Shown here: piece after piece, positions 26,174 to 38,310 of the stretch | Position numbering within the stretch: the stretch's first letter is position 1 | Layout of the letters: the number at the start of each line of letters is the position of its first letter | Assembly: GCF_006345805.1 (NCBI RefSeq) | Contig: NC_043001.1 | Location: 41,044,001-41,108,000, forward strand | Source: Octopus sinensis | Taxonomy: Eukaryota | DNA: 64,000 nucleotides | Reading direction: 5' to 3' | The notes under the pieces: model-generated | Told to the model about the DNA's origin: nothing | The model's database searches: none | What the model saw: only the letters and a program-made list of their open reading frames with translations | Made by a program: the position numbers and the translations under genes

Positions 26174-26963
26174 ATGCAATCAGTAGAAGCTGAAATTGAA
26201 TTCTTGAATCAACAGCTGAGAGTTATTTGCAACATGAACATGTTGAAGGTATAATATTTGAAAACCATATATAGCTTTAAATTATTTTATTTTAGTATAT
26301 AGTGGCAGTCGTTGGCTGTTCAAGTGCATTTTATTAAATGGAAAAACAGTTAGTATGAATCACCATAAGACATTTTTTGTGTATAAATATATTGTTTATT
26401 CTGTATTCACCTTTTGTGGTGGAAGCATATAGTATGATACAAAAACATGTGTTTACATGCAAAGAAAGTTTTGATTTTTACTTTTGCATTGAAAGAAGTA
26501 ACATATATTTGTATTACAGTATGTATGCATGTGTGTAATGAGAACAGTCATATTGAGAATGTGTGTGTGATAAAATATGTTCGTTTATGAACCATATATC
26601 TTGTGTCAAGGTAAATAGACATGTGAGTTGCACACGGAAGATCGCATGTAGAGCTATAGAGAAGACGTGTATCTTTGATCAAAGCTTGGCAGGAACTGAG
26701 AATTTCTACAGTGTAGCTCAGAACGAGGCTACTGTATCAAAGCGAGGCTAGTCACCTCATTGATATATTCGTCTGCAGTGCAGGTCAACTCACATATTAC
26801 TATGTAGCTCTGCTACAAGTAGGTACAAGGCTAATTTTTGTAGAAGTTAATATAGCTTGATTTTAACTTCATTATTTTTCTAACTACCTTGCAGGTAAGA
26901 ATTGCAGAGGAAACCCAAGCTAGACTTGTATTCCAAATCAATAAAATCATACTAAATTATTAA
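26174..26963 (+). other. Candidate spliced small ORF, join(26174-26248,26895-26963), 47 aa: MQSVEAEIEFLNQQLRVICNMNMLKVRIAEETQARLVFQINKIILNY
   Basis: Plausible acceptors at 26168 and 26894, donor at 26249, frame preserved across the junction. No homologue recognised. Confidence 0.3.
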
Positions 26964-27424
26964 AGCATTTACTTTTAGTGCTATATAAATGAAAATGAAT
27001 TTTACTACAATTGGATGATGCTTTTTAATAGCACAATCACAGGAGGACATGCTGCACGCCACATTCTCCTAAATGCTGTTAACAGAATGGACTATAATAA
27101 AGAGACACCAAAGATGTAAGCGGTGGTCTTAAACTAAGCAATGTATTAAGTCTACCACCAGATACTTCGTGGTTAGAGTAATTAATATTCTTGTAAACAG
27201 GATTTCCCCAATAAAATATAAATAAAACATGTGAAGACTATTTTCGAGGACTACTATTAGTTAAATGAGACGATATACATGAATGTGTTCAAAAGAAAGT
27301 AAAGGAAATATTTATCTTAGCAGTCATATTTTTATTTCACCGAAAAGGAAGTAGTAGTGTTAGTTAGTGATTGAGCTAAAGAAAGAGGAGGGAAGACACA
27401 GACTTTATAGAGAGGAATAAATTT

Positions 27425-27877
27425 ATTTAGAACGGAAGTTGGAGCGAGTGTACTTCCAGCTGTTGAAAAGCATCAGCTAATTTAACGAATTTGAGGTATG
27501 CTTGATCGGCACCCTAGTGACAGCTTTAGATAAAAAAAATACATACGAATACCTTGAGTAAATTTTATTACTTTCGGAAAATATTAAAATCGAAGAAAAG
27601 GGGGAAAATACATGGAAAGCATGTAGAAAGAAAGAAGATACATAAAAAGGAAAAAATTTCAGAGAAATATTCATTTACAATGGCGATGATATTCACCGGC
27701 GGAACATAAAAGTGGTTATTACGTGGCATGCTAGGAGAAAAACACGAGAAGAAACGTTATTAGATGATACTGTTCAATCGGGTAACATCAGAAGTGTTAT
27801 CATTACCTTTGGTTACTGTTAAAGGAAACTAAAGAACTTCTTTTCTACGAATTTCCCGTGAAATTACACAGGTATGT
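27425..27877 (+). promoter_or_regulatory. Second promoter-like island with two candidate non-coding first exons (donors at 27496 and 27872); probable SEL1L promoter
   Basis: ETS CGGAAGT at 27433, YY1-like CAATGGCG at 27678, TTACGTGGCA at 27719, CpG enrichment, donors GAG|GTATGC and CAG|GTATGT. Confidence 0.5.
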
Positions 27878-29049
27878 TTAACCCCTTTCAAAATACATAT
27901 ACACCAACGTATATTTGTTTACATGAGAAACAGATATAAGATGAAGTTATTCATTTGTAAAATGCATCACTATAAGTTATTTGTAAGGACAATAATCTCT
28001 GTGTAGCTATAAGAGTACAACTTCAATAAGTTGTTAGTTTATTGGATTTGTATAGTTTAACATCTGATAATCTGTAAAATATACGCATCAGTAATTGACA
28101 TTTTTTTCTATATTGCTGCAGTATATAACCAAGGAATATATATGCAGTTGTTTTAAGATTAAAACAAACTACTTGTTTAAGAATTTGGTGATTACTATTC
28201 AATATTTTACCTGCTATGGATACTGATCTCACAAGTGTAGTTTAAACACACACACAAATCAAAACAGTGCAACGTTAATAATAGTGTATTTTTTTTAATC
28301 AACATGTTACAATTTAGCAGTTGAAAAGTATGTTCTTTATGGTGAGTTTTGAATCTCTAAAACAGCCTGTTGCTGTAGATATAAAGCCGTGAATGTGTAT
28401 GTTTAATGAGTGTTTGTGTGTTCGAGATATAGAGAGTATGGGCTATCCAAGCGTCAATGTCTCCCTTTCGTTCTATGTAATATGCAAAGGAAAGTTGAAC
28501 CAATACGTTTGATACCAGGCCAACTGAATTAGCTACCGTAGTTGGGTTGAGTACAATACTGGGCTGTCTATAGGATCATACTAGAGACTAAAGCATTTTT
28601 TCATGCTGCTGAGCCTACAGGTATCTCTGGAGGCATTCTACCTACAAGTCCCCGAGAACTTAAGTTTGGGCTGCAAAGCACCAAGTTACTATGTTTCATT
28701 ATAAAGAGGGAGAGGTACATTTTGCCGGAGAAGTTATGTATCCTACACATTACTGTTAACCAGTAGAGAAAAGCTGCAGGTAAGAAGGTGATAAACACAT
28801 AACTTCCTTTATCTACACACTAGACATATCACAACCATCCTTTTGACACAAACTACAAATGCAACACAGGGAACAAGTTACAAGTTTCCATTTAGAGCAG
28901 CATATAGCTAAGCACTGGTGGTGGTGGTGGTGGAGGTTCTCATTGGACAGGTGTTGCCTTACCACTGTGTTAACATGCTTCATTGGTTGTGTGCGACATT
29001 AGGTACTTCTTGCCAAAATGAACAAATGCATTGGGAACAATGAAGCATC

Positions 29050-31870
29050 AACAACATCAGCAGAAAGAACAAAAGAGCACAAGGGTCAGGTGTTGGCACA
29101 AAATAGTCATCGTAATCAGCAATCTTTCCTTCTTGCAAGTAGACATTGTTGCTCTCCAAGGCACCTGGTTAGCAGATTCTAGAAACATAAAAGAAGCTTA
29201 CACTACTCATTCTTCTTTAAGCAAGGTAAGAAGGAAGATGAAACTTGTGAACAAAGTGTTGGGTTTGCTATCAAGCAGACACTTCTAAGCTGTAGAAATT
29301 GGTAGAAATAAATGCTGAGTGCATTATGCCATCTTTGATGATCTAACAATCTTTTCTACTGTTGTTATTAAAGAAAACTTTTACTACTAAAATGAAGCTT
29401 AGATATTTTGCTTGGGTCACTACAGTGACCCAATAACAATAACAAGCACCTCCTAGAATTGTGCTCCTTTCACACTTATGTGTTACTAATACCTACTTTG
29501 GCTCTAAATCCTATTATAGAGTATTCTGCAAACACCCACAAGCTAAACAGTAGCACTAATAGGACCTTGTCATAGCCAGGTGATCTCATCTCAAGAACTT
29601 TTTGGTGACAAGAGCATTACATAGTGCAGTTTGTAATACAGAACATTCACTTGTCTGCACTATGGTCAGTCTATAACAAGAGATTTCATAGAGCCAAGCC
29701 AAAGGGGATGCTACTTATAGATGTAAGAAAGATTGCAAATCCAGAAAAGTCAGCTCACATCAGATCATTGCTTCCCTTTGCCTTCCAGATTCAGCTTTGG
29801 CACTACCTCACAACAATGAATCTCACTACTATAATAGAAACTTTTGGGAGAAAGAAAGGCCTGCAGGATAACAGCTGGTAGCCAGCCATCTCAGAAAGTT
29901 TACTTCTTCTCATTGTTGCCAAGCATAATGCTTACAAAAATTTGCCACTTACAGAGAACTATTAAATACTTAAGACAGTTAGATGGCAGAATTCAGGAAA
30001 TGATCAGTACGTGTGTTAATAACTACTGGCTGAACCTCTGAGCTTTGTTCAACAAGCTGCAGACACAGGCACTATCAAGTTGTACTGTGGTATATTGAAA
30101 GCTGTTTGATGGAGCATCAAGGAAACTGAACTACAGATGGAAGCATGTGTAGAATGTTTGTTATAACTTTTACTCAAGCTTTGGATGCTATTTAACATCT
30201 GGTTATATCCAAACTAGTTGAATTCCTTACCATAGGAAAATTCATGAAGGCTGCATAAATTTGCTAACAGGCAAAGCACTTGGAAAAAACTATATTCCTG
30301 CTGATGTTTGGGTAAGTGGTAAGTTAGTCTTGCTGGAAGAACCCCATAAATCCTGTCAATGTTGGGAAGAGAGTATTTTTCTAAAGGATGTGTAGGATAC
30401 TGACATTGCTACATTATGAAACAAAGGGAACAGAAGTAATTGCAATAGTTAGAGAGGAATATCTTTTAGTATAGTTGGCAAACTTATTACTTGACTGGTT
30501 CTGTAAAGGTTTTAGAAATTTGAATTGCAGTGTGGCTTCTGCTCCAAGATATCCACCAAAGACAATGTTATCATTGCATCACTTTTAAGAAATGTGCCAA
30601 GAGCAGCAGAATCAACCATTGTAGCTGGCTTTCATCAACTTAATGAAAGCATTTAAGTTCATCAGTAGAACTGACTTGTTTAACATGTTACCATTTATTG
30701 CTTGACTACCTAACCTACTAAGCACTATAATGGTTTTCTATGATGGTATGATAAGCACTGTGCAGTATGAAGAATCTATGTCCAGGGAATCTGAAATGAA
30801 GAGTTGAGTCCTTGTTCCAAAACTTTTTGGTATATTTGAAACACATTTGAATCCTTATCTGATACTCCATTGGTTATGCCAACGAGGTTTCCAGTTGATC
30901 CAATCAACAGAATAGCCTAATCATGAAATTAATGGGCAAATAGCTGAGCATTCTACAAACACGCATACCCATAACATAATCTTCTGGGAGATTCGGTATG
31001 ACACAGAATGTGACCTGGCTGGCTCCTTTTGAATTACGGGTACAACTCATTTTTATCAGCTGAGTGAACTGGAGCAATGGGAAGTAAATTGTGTTGCTCA
31101 CTAGCATGATGTGCTGCTAGGTATCAAACTCACGACCTTTTGCTCATCAGCTGAATACCCAAACCACTAAGCTATGTGTCTTCACAACAGATAGTGTTTA
31201 CTTCCACTCAAGATCTAGTAGCTGGCTTTCAATATAGCTAGATGGAAAATGAAGAAAATTACTGTTATGCTGTTTGTTGATGCATCTAACTCCTCAATTC
31301 TATTGGAATGCTTACTAAACCTTGTGGATAGATTCTCAAGAGCTCGCAACCTAATTTAGTCTCATCATCAATCGCATAAAGATTTGAGTCTTGGAACAAG
31401 GCACTCCAGCACCTCCTTCGTTAAGATCAGAGGTAAGGAAGTGGATGTGGCACAGCAGTATCTTGACCTCACTGCATCAGACAGCTTTGTCCTAGATGCA
31501 GAACTCAAGAAGCACAGGGTCAAAACAGCTAGTACTCTCTCAAGACTTCCTTTAGAAAGTTTTGGGGAATAAACAGCTCAGAATGTCTACTAAGGTTAAG
31601 GTGTACAAAGCCTATGTTCTCAGTACACTTCTAAGGCCAGCATACTCTTCACAAGAACTGAAACTTCACATGTTTCATATGCAGTGTCTGCACAGAACCC
31701 CTGGAATGAAATGGTAGGATAGAATTAACAATCTTAACATATTAAGCAGGGTGGTGGTATTCCTGCCACTCTCACTCATTTGCAGCAGTGACAACTTCAG
31801 TAGCTTGGACATGTCAATTGTATGGCTGATGGTCATATTCCAAAAGCCTTGCTGCATGGTGAGCTGGTAT
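29050..31870 (+). mobile_element. Old RTE (BovB-like) LINE, heavily degenerate, interrupted by a SINE at about 30870-31190
   Basis: APE motif VDIVALQ.TWLADS; C-terminal KVYKAYVLSTLL and LGHV..MADGHIPKALLHGEL. Confidence 0.8.
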
Positions 31871-32369
31871 CTGGGTTAATAAAAGACAACGTTTACTGCA
31901 TCTATAAATCAAATGTGAAGAAAAATATTATCAACCCTGAAGCTTTCAGTAAAAAATTGGACTTCCTTAGTTAGTCATTTCATAAAAGTGCTTTTCATTC
32001 TTTTCCTCCTTCTCTGCTGTCTGCATGACCATATATATCATCATCATTTAGCATCCGTTTTCCATGCTGGTATGGGTTTGACTGGAACTGGTAAGCCAGA
32101 GAGCTGTACTAGGTTCCAGTCTGTTTTGGCATGGTTTCTATGGCTAGATGCCTTTCCTAATGCCAACCACTCCACAGAGTGTACTGGATGCCTTTTACGT
32201 GTCGGTGACACAGGTGCCTTTTACACATCACTGGCACAGGTGTCTTTTATGTGTCACTGGCACTGCCCACAACATAAATTTTACTAAATTTGACATGTCT
32301 TCTCAAACACAGCAAATCACCAGCAGTCTCAGTCACTAGTTATCACTCAAATATATATATATATATATA

Positions 32370-33048
32370 ACCCTAGCAGTTGAGGGAACCCGTGGAAGAG
32401 GTAGACCCAGGAAAACCTGGGACGAGGTGGTGAAGCACAACCTTCGAACTTTAGGCCTCACTGAGGAAATGACCAGCGACCGAGACCTTTGGAAATATGC
32501 TGTACGTGAGAAGACCAGGCAGGACAAGTGAGCCCAGCCCACTTATGCATGCCTCTCCTCCCTTGGACACAAAGACCTGTTGAGGCAAGCGAAGTCAATA
32601 TAGAACCTCATCCGACGACAGGCACCCATGCCAACCCCCTTTGCTTGCGAAGACATGTTGGGGCAAGTGAAATCGAATTGAACCAATCCTATGACTGGCA
32701 CCCGGCAGATGCCTGGACCCCTGGACTGGTGGTACGTAAAAAGCACTATCCGACTCGTGGCCGATGCCAGCGCCACCTCGACTGGCTTCCGTGCCGGTGG
32801 CACATAAATTGCACCAATCCGACCGTGGCTGTTGCCAGCCTCACCTGGCACCTGTGCGGGTGGCACGTAAAAAGCGCCCACTACACTCACGGAGTGGTTG
32901 GCGTTAGGAAGGGCATCCAGCTGTAGAAACATTGCCAGATAAGACTGGAGCCTGGTGCAGCCTTCTGGCTTCCCAGATCCCCGGTCGAACCGTCCAACCC
33001 ATGCTAGCATGGAGAACGGACGTTAAACGATGATGATGATGATGATAT
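32370..33048 (+). mobile_element. Young 5'-truncated RTE LINE 3' end with (GAT)n tail, inserted in (TA)n
   Basis: EGTRGRGRPRKTWDEVVKHNLRTLGL..EKTRQDK* followed by the hairpin-array 3' UTR. Confidence 0.9.
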
Positions 33049-33057
33049 ATATATATA

Positions 33058-33300
33058 TAATATGTGACAATTAGTTGGTTGTCATAATAAAACTCAGAGT
33101 TTCGGATGCCGGGGTTCCCTTTATTCAACGGTTTTATTCATAGTGTTTTTGTTTCTCTTAATAATTGATGAAATGCTGGAGCAGACTTCAGCCCCAGCAT
33201 CCGAAACTCTGTGTTTTATTATGACAACCAACTAATTATGACATATATTTACAGATAAATTCCTCTATTTACATAATATCGAGGTCTCTTTCATTCTTTT
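33058..33300 (+). mobile_element. Penelope-like element end: 54-bp inverted repeat with a degenerate hammerhead (33159-33221)
   Basis: Arms at 33061-33114 and 33192-33245. UAAUAA-UUGAUGA...GAAACUCUGUGUU-UUAUUA fits the hammerhead fold with a C3U change and a stem III mismatch. Confidence 0.6.
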
Positions 33301-33949
33301 GTTGTCATATTATTATTAATACATACATACATATATATATATATTAGTTGAATATTTTGTCCTTGCCAGGTAATTTTCACAATAGAATGGCTTGGTAGAC
33401 TTTTGGAATGACTCTCCATTTTGACATGGACTTTACAAATTTTTTTTCCACTGCAAAGGATGGGGGAAAGCTTTTATGCAAAAATATTTTTGGAAAATTT
33501 ATGGTTCTCCTCCTCACTCCTTCCAGATTAATTTTGTTCAATATTTTCTTTGCACTGTGCACTTACAAACAATGGGAGGTGTTTTTTTGGTAGAAAAAAA
33601 TAGTCTTTCTTGAAAAATTACAAATTGTTCAAATCTCTCTCCCTAACTCAGATTTTTTTTCTTTTTGAACTACATACTTAATAACGATGGGAGAAGCCTT
33701 GAAGGCTTAAAAAGAGAAATAAAATGGTGATCATCATCACAGTTCCCACTTCCTTTATATTTAAACAGAAAATGAAATGAAATTTGGAAACAATAGTGTG
33801 GTCTTTTTTAAAATTTTTTCATTAACCCTGCCCTGCCATAAATCCTAAAATTTTGGCTTTTTAAAAAAATATTTTTATCATAGTTTTAAAATCAGACAGT
33901 CTCAATTTGCAATTTGTTTCTGTTTATAATTTCAAAATTACAACACTGA

Positions 33950-34228
33950 ACACCTTTTTGATCTTCATGTGTCTAACACACGTGGACATGCCTACAAAGT
34001 CAGAAAACAACACAGCTCCCATGACTTTCGGAAACATTTTTTCACGCTCAGAGTTGCTGAAGCATGGAACAAACTGCCTGCGTCAGTTGTTGACTGCCAT
34101 GACACTGCATCCTTTAAGGCCCTCATGCTTTCCGAAATCCGCTGAAACTACACCTGATTATACATACACTTTAGATGAGTTGTAGTGCACCTGAGCACTG
34201 TACACAATGTTTTTATTATTATTATTTT
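33950..34228 (+). mobile_element. CR1-clade LINE 3' end with (ATT)n tail
   Basis: NTRGHAYKV....RKHFFTLRVAEAWNKLP motif. Confidence 0.85.
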
Positions 34229-35438
34229 AAAATAACTTTCATGCAGAGAGGTATGTGATTTAGCTGGTGTTTCTTGCACATCCTACGACCACTTGCTACC
34301 TTACTTGTTTCTTTGTCACTCTGACATGTATTAATATTTTTTCTTCCCATAGATATTTTCTAGAATGATGATATGGTAGTCCATTGCTGGTATATAAGGA
34401 ACAAAAAGAAAGAAATTGCAATTTAAATTTTTAATCCCTTCTTGCAACAAGCGAGTCCATGTGTGTGTGTGTGTAAGAAAAAAACCCTGTTTACTTACTG
34501 AAAAGTATGCTATTAAAATAAATTATCATTTACATACCATTTTAAGTCACTCCATCACCCTAATGACATTCCTTATACATGTATGCATACATGCTGACAA
34601 ACACACGCACAGAAACTCAGCACGAGCGATATACTTTTATAGAGAGTGAGCAAGAGTATGGTAAAAATATGTGTAGAAAGGGAAAATTTATCATGAGAAA
34701 AGTGAAAAATGAAAGGGAGAGAGAAAAGAGAAGGATCTTTTCTGTTGTTGTCACAGATTTTGAAATTGTTAAATTACGTGAAAATCCTCAAATTTGGTAT
34801 ATTGATGTACTTTTCATGGTGAGTCCAAGTTTGTGATTCATTTATTCCAGAAGGATGTTACAGAGGTTTAAAGTTTGATCAATTTCATACAATCAAAAAA
34901 AAATAGTTGTTATAAAATGAAAATAAACATTAGAGATTATGTATACAAAGAGAGCAAGTGTCAAAGAATTTGGTAAATATATATAGATACACTGGTGGTG
35001 AAAGATTGTGCCAATCTATAAGTTAAGTTCTCATAGAAAATTATATTATTTATGGACAGCCAGCTGGACTGACTCCTGTGCAGGTGGCACGTAAAAAACA
35101 CCATTTCGAGCGTGGCTGTTGCCAGTACTGCCAGACTGGTCCTCGTGCCGGTGGCACGTAAAAGCACCCACTACTCTCTCGGAGTAGTTGGCATTAGGAA
35201 GGGCATCCAGCTGTAGAAACTCTGCCAGATCAGATTGGAGCCTGATGTAGCCATCTGGTTCGCCAGTCCTGAGTCAAATCGTCCAACCCATGCTAGCATG
35301 GAAAGTGGACGTTAAATGATGATGATGATGGACAGCCTTTCCTTTAGGATGCAGATTTCAAAAATCAAATTCTTTTTTCTTGACTATACAGTTTCCAATT
35401 TTTCTGGGCTAATCACATGCACTCACATTTATATATAT

Positions 35439-35535
<97 letters not shown>

Positions 35536-35867
35536 TGTAATGGGGGCCGGTTTATGGGGTTGCTCTGGGTTTCTTGCTCATAAGGGGTTTAGCCTTACTG
35601 CGTATCTTCAGACCCCAAACACTACTGGCCTAAGACCCCTTCAAAATATGGAGATGGAAATGCCTCTATAAAAGTAAACACTAGGTGATTATCTCCTTTT
35701 GCTATCGGTCATCAAGCTTTGGCTACACTGCCACCCAATAACCACTAAGGTAAACAATTGTCTCCATTTGGCCTTGGCTATTGGCCCCTGGCTGTAGTGT
35801 CGCCTTGCGGATTCAACTGCTCTACATCTTAGAGTGTGCCTCTCCCACGTATTTATGTATTTCTACA
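35536..35867 (+). mobile_element. Possible solo LTR
   Basis: TGTA...TACA termini, internal ctataaaag, higher GC than the flanks. Confidence 0.3.
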
Positions 35868-35889
35868 AACGATACAAATAAATATATAT

Positions 35890-36372
35890 CATCATCATCA
35901 TCGTTTAACGTCCATTTTCCGCGCTAGCACGGGTTGGACGGTTCGACCGGGGTCTGGGAAGCCAGGGGCTGCTCCAGGCTCCAGTCTGATCTGGCAGAGT
36001 TTCTACGGCTGGATGCCCTTCCTAACGCCAACCACTCCGCGAGTGTAGTGGGTGCTTTTTACGTGCCACCTGCACAGGTGCCAGAGGAGGGGGGTCTGGC
36101 ATCGGTCACGATTGGTTGGAGCTTTTAACGTGCCAGCGGCACGGAAGCCAGCCAAGGCGGCGCTGGCAACGTTCGGATGGTCTTTTTTTTTTATGTGCCA
36201 CCGGCACAGGGGCCAGTCGGGGCGGCGCTGGCATCGGCCACGTTCGGATGGTGCTTTTTATGTGCCACCGGCACAGAAGCCAGTCAGGGCGGCGCTGGCA
36301 TCGGCCACGATCGGATAGTGCTTTTTATGTGCCACCGGCACAGGCATCATAACTACTATTTCCATTGATATT
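35890..36372 (-). repeat. RTE 3'-tail element with an expanded array of about 68-nt hairpin units
   Basis: Four full units plus a partial one, each containing gtgcc-nnn-ggcac. Confidence 0.85.
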
Positions 36373-36389
36373 TATTTCGACGTTCATGT

Positions 36390-36890
36390 TCATGTACAAC
36401 ACAGATGGGTTGCAAGTTCACTACAGCTGTTTCAGATGTATTCTTTAATGATAAACAAGTGTTACATAATGCAACCCCCCCCTGTTTTCATCAGGTGAAT
36501 ACATGTATGAATTAACAATAAAAACCTCTTACAAAACAGGATATAGTGCCAGGTTGAATAATTTTGGTTCATCAATAAAGAGCACGTCTGAAACAGCTGT
36601 AGTGAACTGCACCCATTTGTGTTATTATTTATTCTCCACCTAACTCGGAACCTTCCATACGTTTGGATCTGATGTCTATAGTCGAAGTTGAATGTGCACC
36701 CCTGTATGACTTTGATGACACGTGTATTCAGTTAGTTACTTGTGAAGTATGCATAACTGGAAGGGTAAATCTGTTTTTACTTAAATAAGTACGTATACAT
36801 TAGTATACATTGTTGGTACACAGGTGCACTATCCCCGACTCTACCTTGGTGCTTTTACTATTTAAATACCCGATTCTTTTGGATCCAGAA
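36390..36890. mobile_element. Penelope-like element end: about 60-bp inverted repeat and a minus-strand hammerhead core (36416-36499)
   Basis: The minus strand reads UUCAC-CUGAUGA...GAAA-CAGCUG-UA-GUGAAC. An inverted partial copy lies at about 36567-36624; stem II is poorly paired. Confidence 0.6.
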
Positions 36891-36908
36891 GATTTATATT
36901 TATATATA

Positions 36909-37416
36909 ACTAGCAGTATCGCCCGGCGTTGCTCGGGTTTGTAAGGGAAATAACTATATAAGCATTTTTAGAGAGTTATAGCAAAAAAAATGCATTAAAA
37001 ATGGAATAAAAAATGATAATTTTTTTTTAAAATCGTCGACTCAGTGTCTTTGTTCTAAAAGAACACTGGTCTCCTTGACAACTCTTTACGACGTTGATTT
37101 CCTTACACTCCCTTCCCCACAGCTTCACGAGGGAGGGAAGAAGGGGAGAAGCAAACAGGTGCAGGTGTGACCGTGGACGCCAACTCCGCCGCCATCGACA
37201 CACGAAAAATTATGCATTAAAATGGAATAAAAAATGTTAAATTATTTTAAAAATCGTAGACTCATCGTAGACGCGCGCTAATAGCCAGACGGGCTCGATA
37301 TGAATTACGACTATAAGATACCCGAATTTGGTTAAACTGCACCGCAAAATGTGGGAGTAGTTAGGAATCTAAATCGAAGGGGACAGACACTCACACAACT
37401 ACAGTTTTATATATAG
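36909..37416 (+). mobile_element. Helentron-associated (HINE/Lep1-like) non-autonomous element
   Basis: Starts ACTAG with a subterminal hairpin gcccgg-cgtt-gctcgggt, has an internal direct repeat, ends in tatatatag within AT repeats. Confidence 0.65.
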
Positions 37417-38026
37417 ATGTGTGTGTGTGTGTGTATGTGTGATTGGCTTTATACAGTTTCTATCAAATCCACTTGGTTAGTCCATGACTGTAGCACTTAC
37501 TCAAGATATAATGCAGTGGGACTGATAAAGAAATTACATAGTCATGAAGCAAGCTTCTTAACCATACTCACATGCCTATATGCATAAGTGGAACAGACAG
37601 AACAGAGTGCAAGTGTGAAGGGCCACAAATTTTCATTTTGGCCTTATGTATGGCGAAAGAGAAATACAACTAGTATTGTACCACAGATAAGTTTTATCGT
37701 GTGTTGACATTGAATAATTGAAAACCGGACGTTGCTGTAATTAAATACCTGAATTGTAAATTAACAGAAGTTCAGTAATTCCGGGTTCAAGAGAGCAAAG
37801 TTTAAAAGTAAGGATTAACGCCAGCCTTTACGTGGTCCTTTGACCTGCTCGAAATAGCAGCTAAATCTTCCTTAAACTATACTATAGTAAAAATATTTTT
37901 AAAAAAGTGATGGTCACGGATGAAACATCTGTCATGCGTCTTCTCGTTAAGAGTCAACCCGATGCTTAACGAAAATTACAGTAACTGTTAATGCAATTAA
38001 AGCTCTGAGTTTTATGTTAAGCTCGA

Positions 38027-38245
38027 GGCGATCTTTTCGATTAAAGTAGCAAGTTTATCAAAATTCCCAGTTGACTTGTTCGGCAATTTCCGTAAAGAAT
38101 ATTTATTTATTTTTGTTTTCATGTCCGGTTGAAGCCGACATTTGCCTTTGAAGTTGGTGAGGGAGGTGAAAAGTGAAACACGCGCACACACTCACTCACA
38201 CACACGCACACCCATTATCTTTCATATTCACGTACACACATAAAT

Positions 38246-38310
<65 letters not shown>

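Noticed and set aside
26989-27119. Short ORF of about 43 aa (...GGHAARHILLNAVNRMDYNKETPKM)
   Set aside because: It ends quickly, has no compatible upstream exon and shows no recognisable family.
28380-28800. CpG-containing segment ending in a strong donor (CAG|GTAAGA, about 28780)
   Set aside because: All plus-strand frames read are short, and it may be the 5' part of the adjacent RTE. There is not enough support to call an exon.
36050-36345. Regularly spaced hairpin repeats superficially like a CRISPR array
   Set aside because: Eukaryotic context; the units are tandem copies of an RTE 3' tail with no unique spacers and no cas genes.
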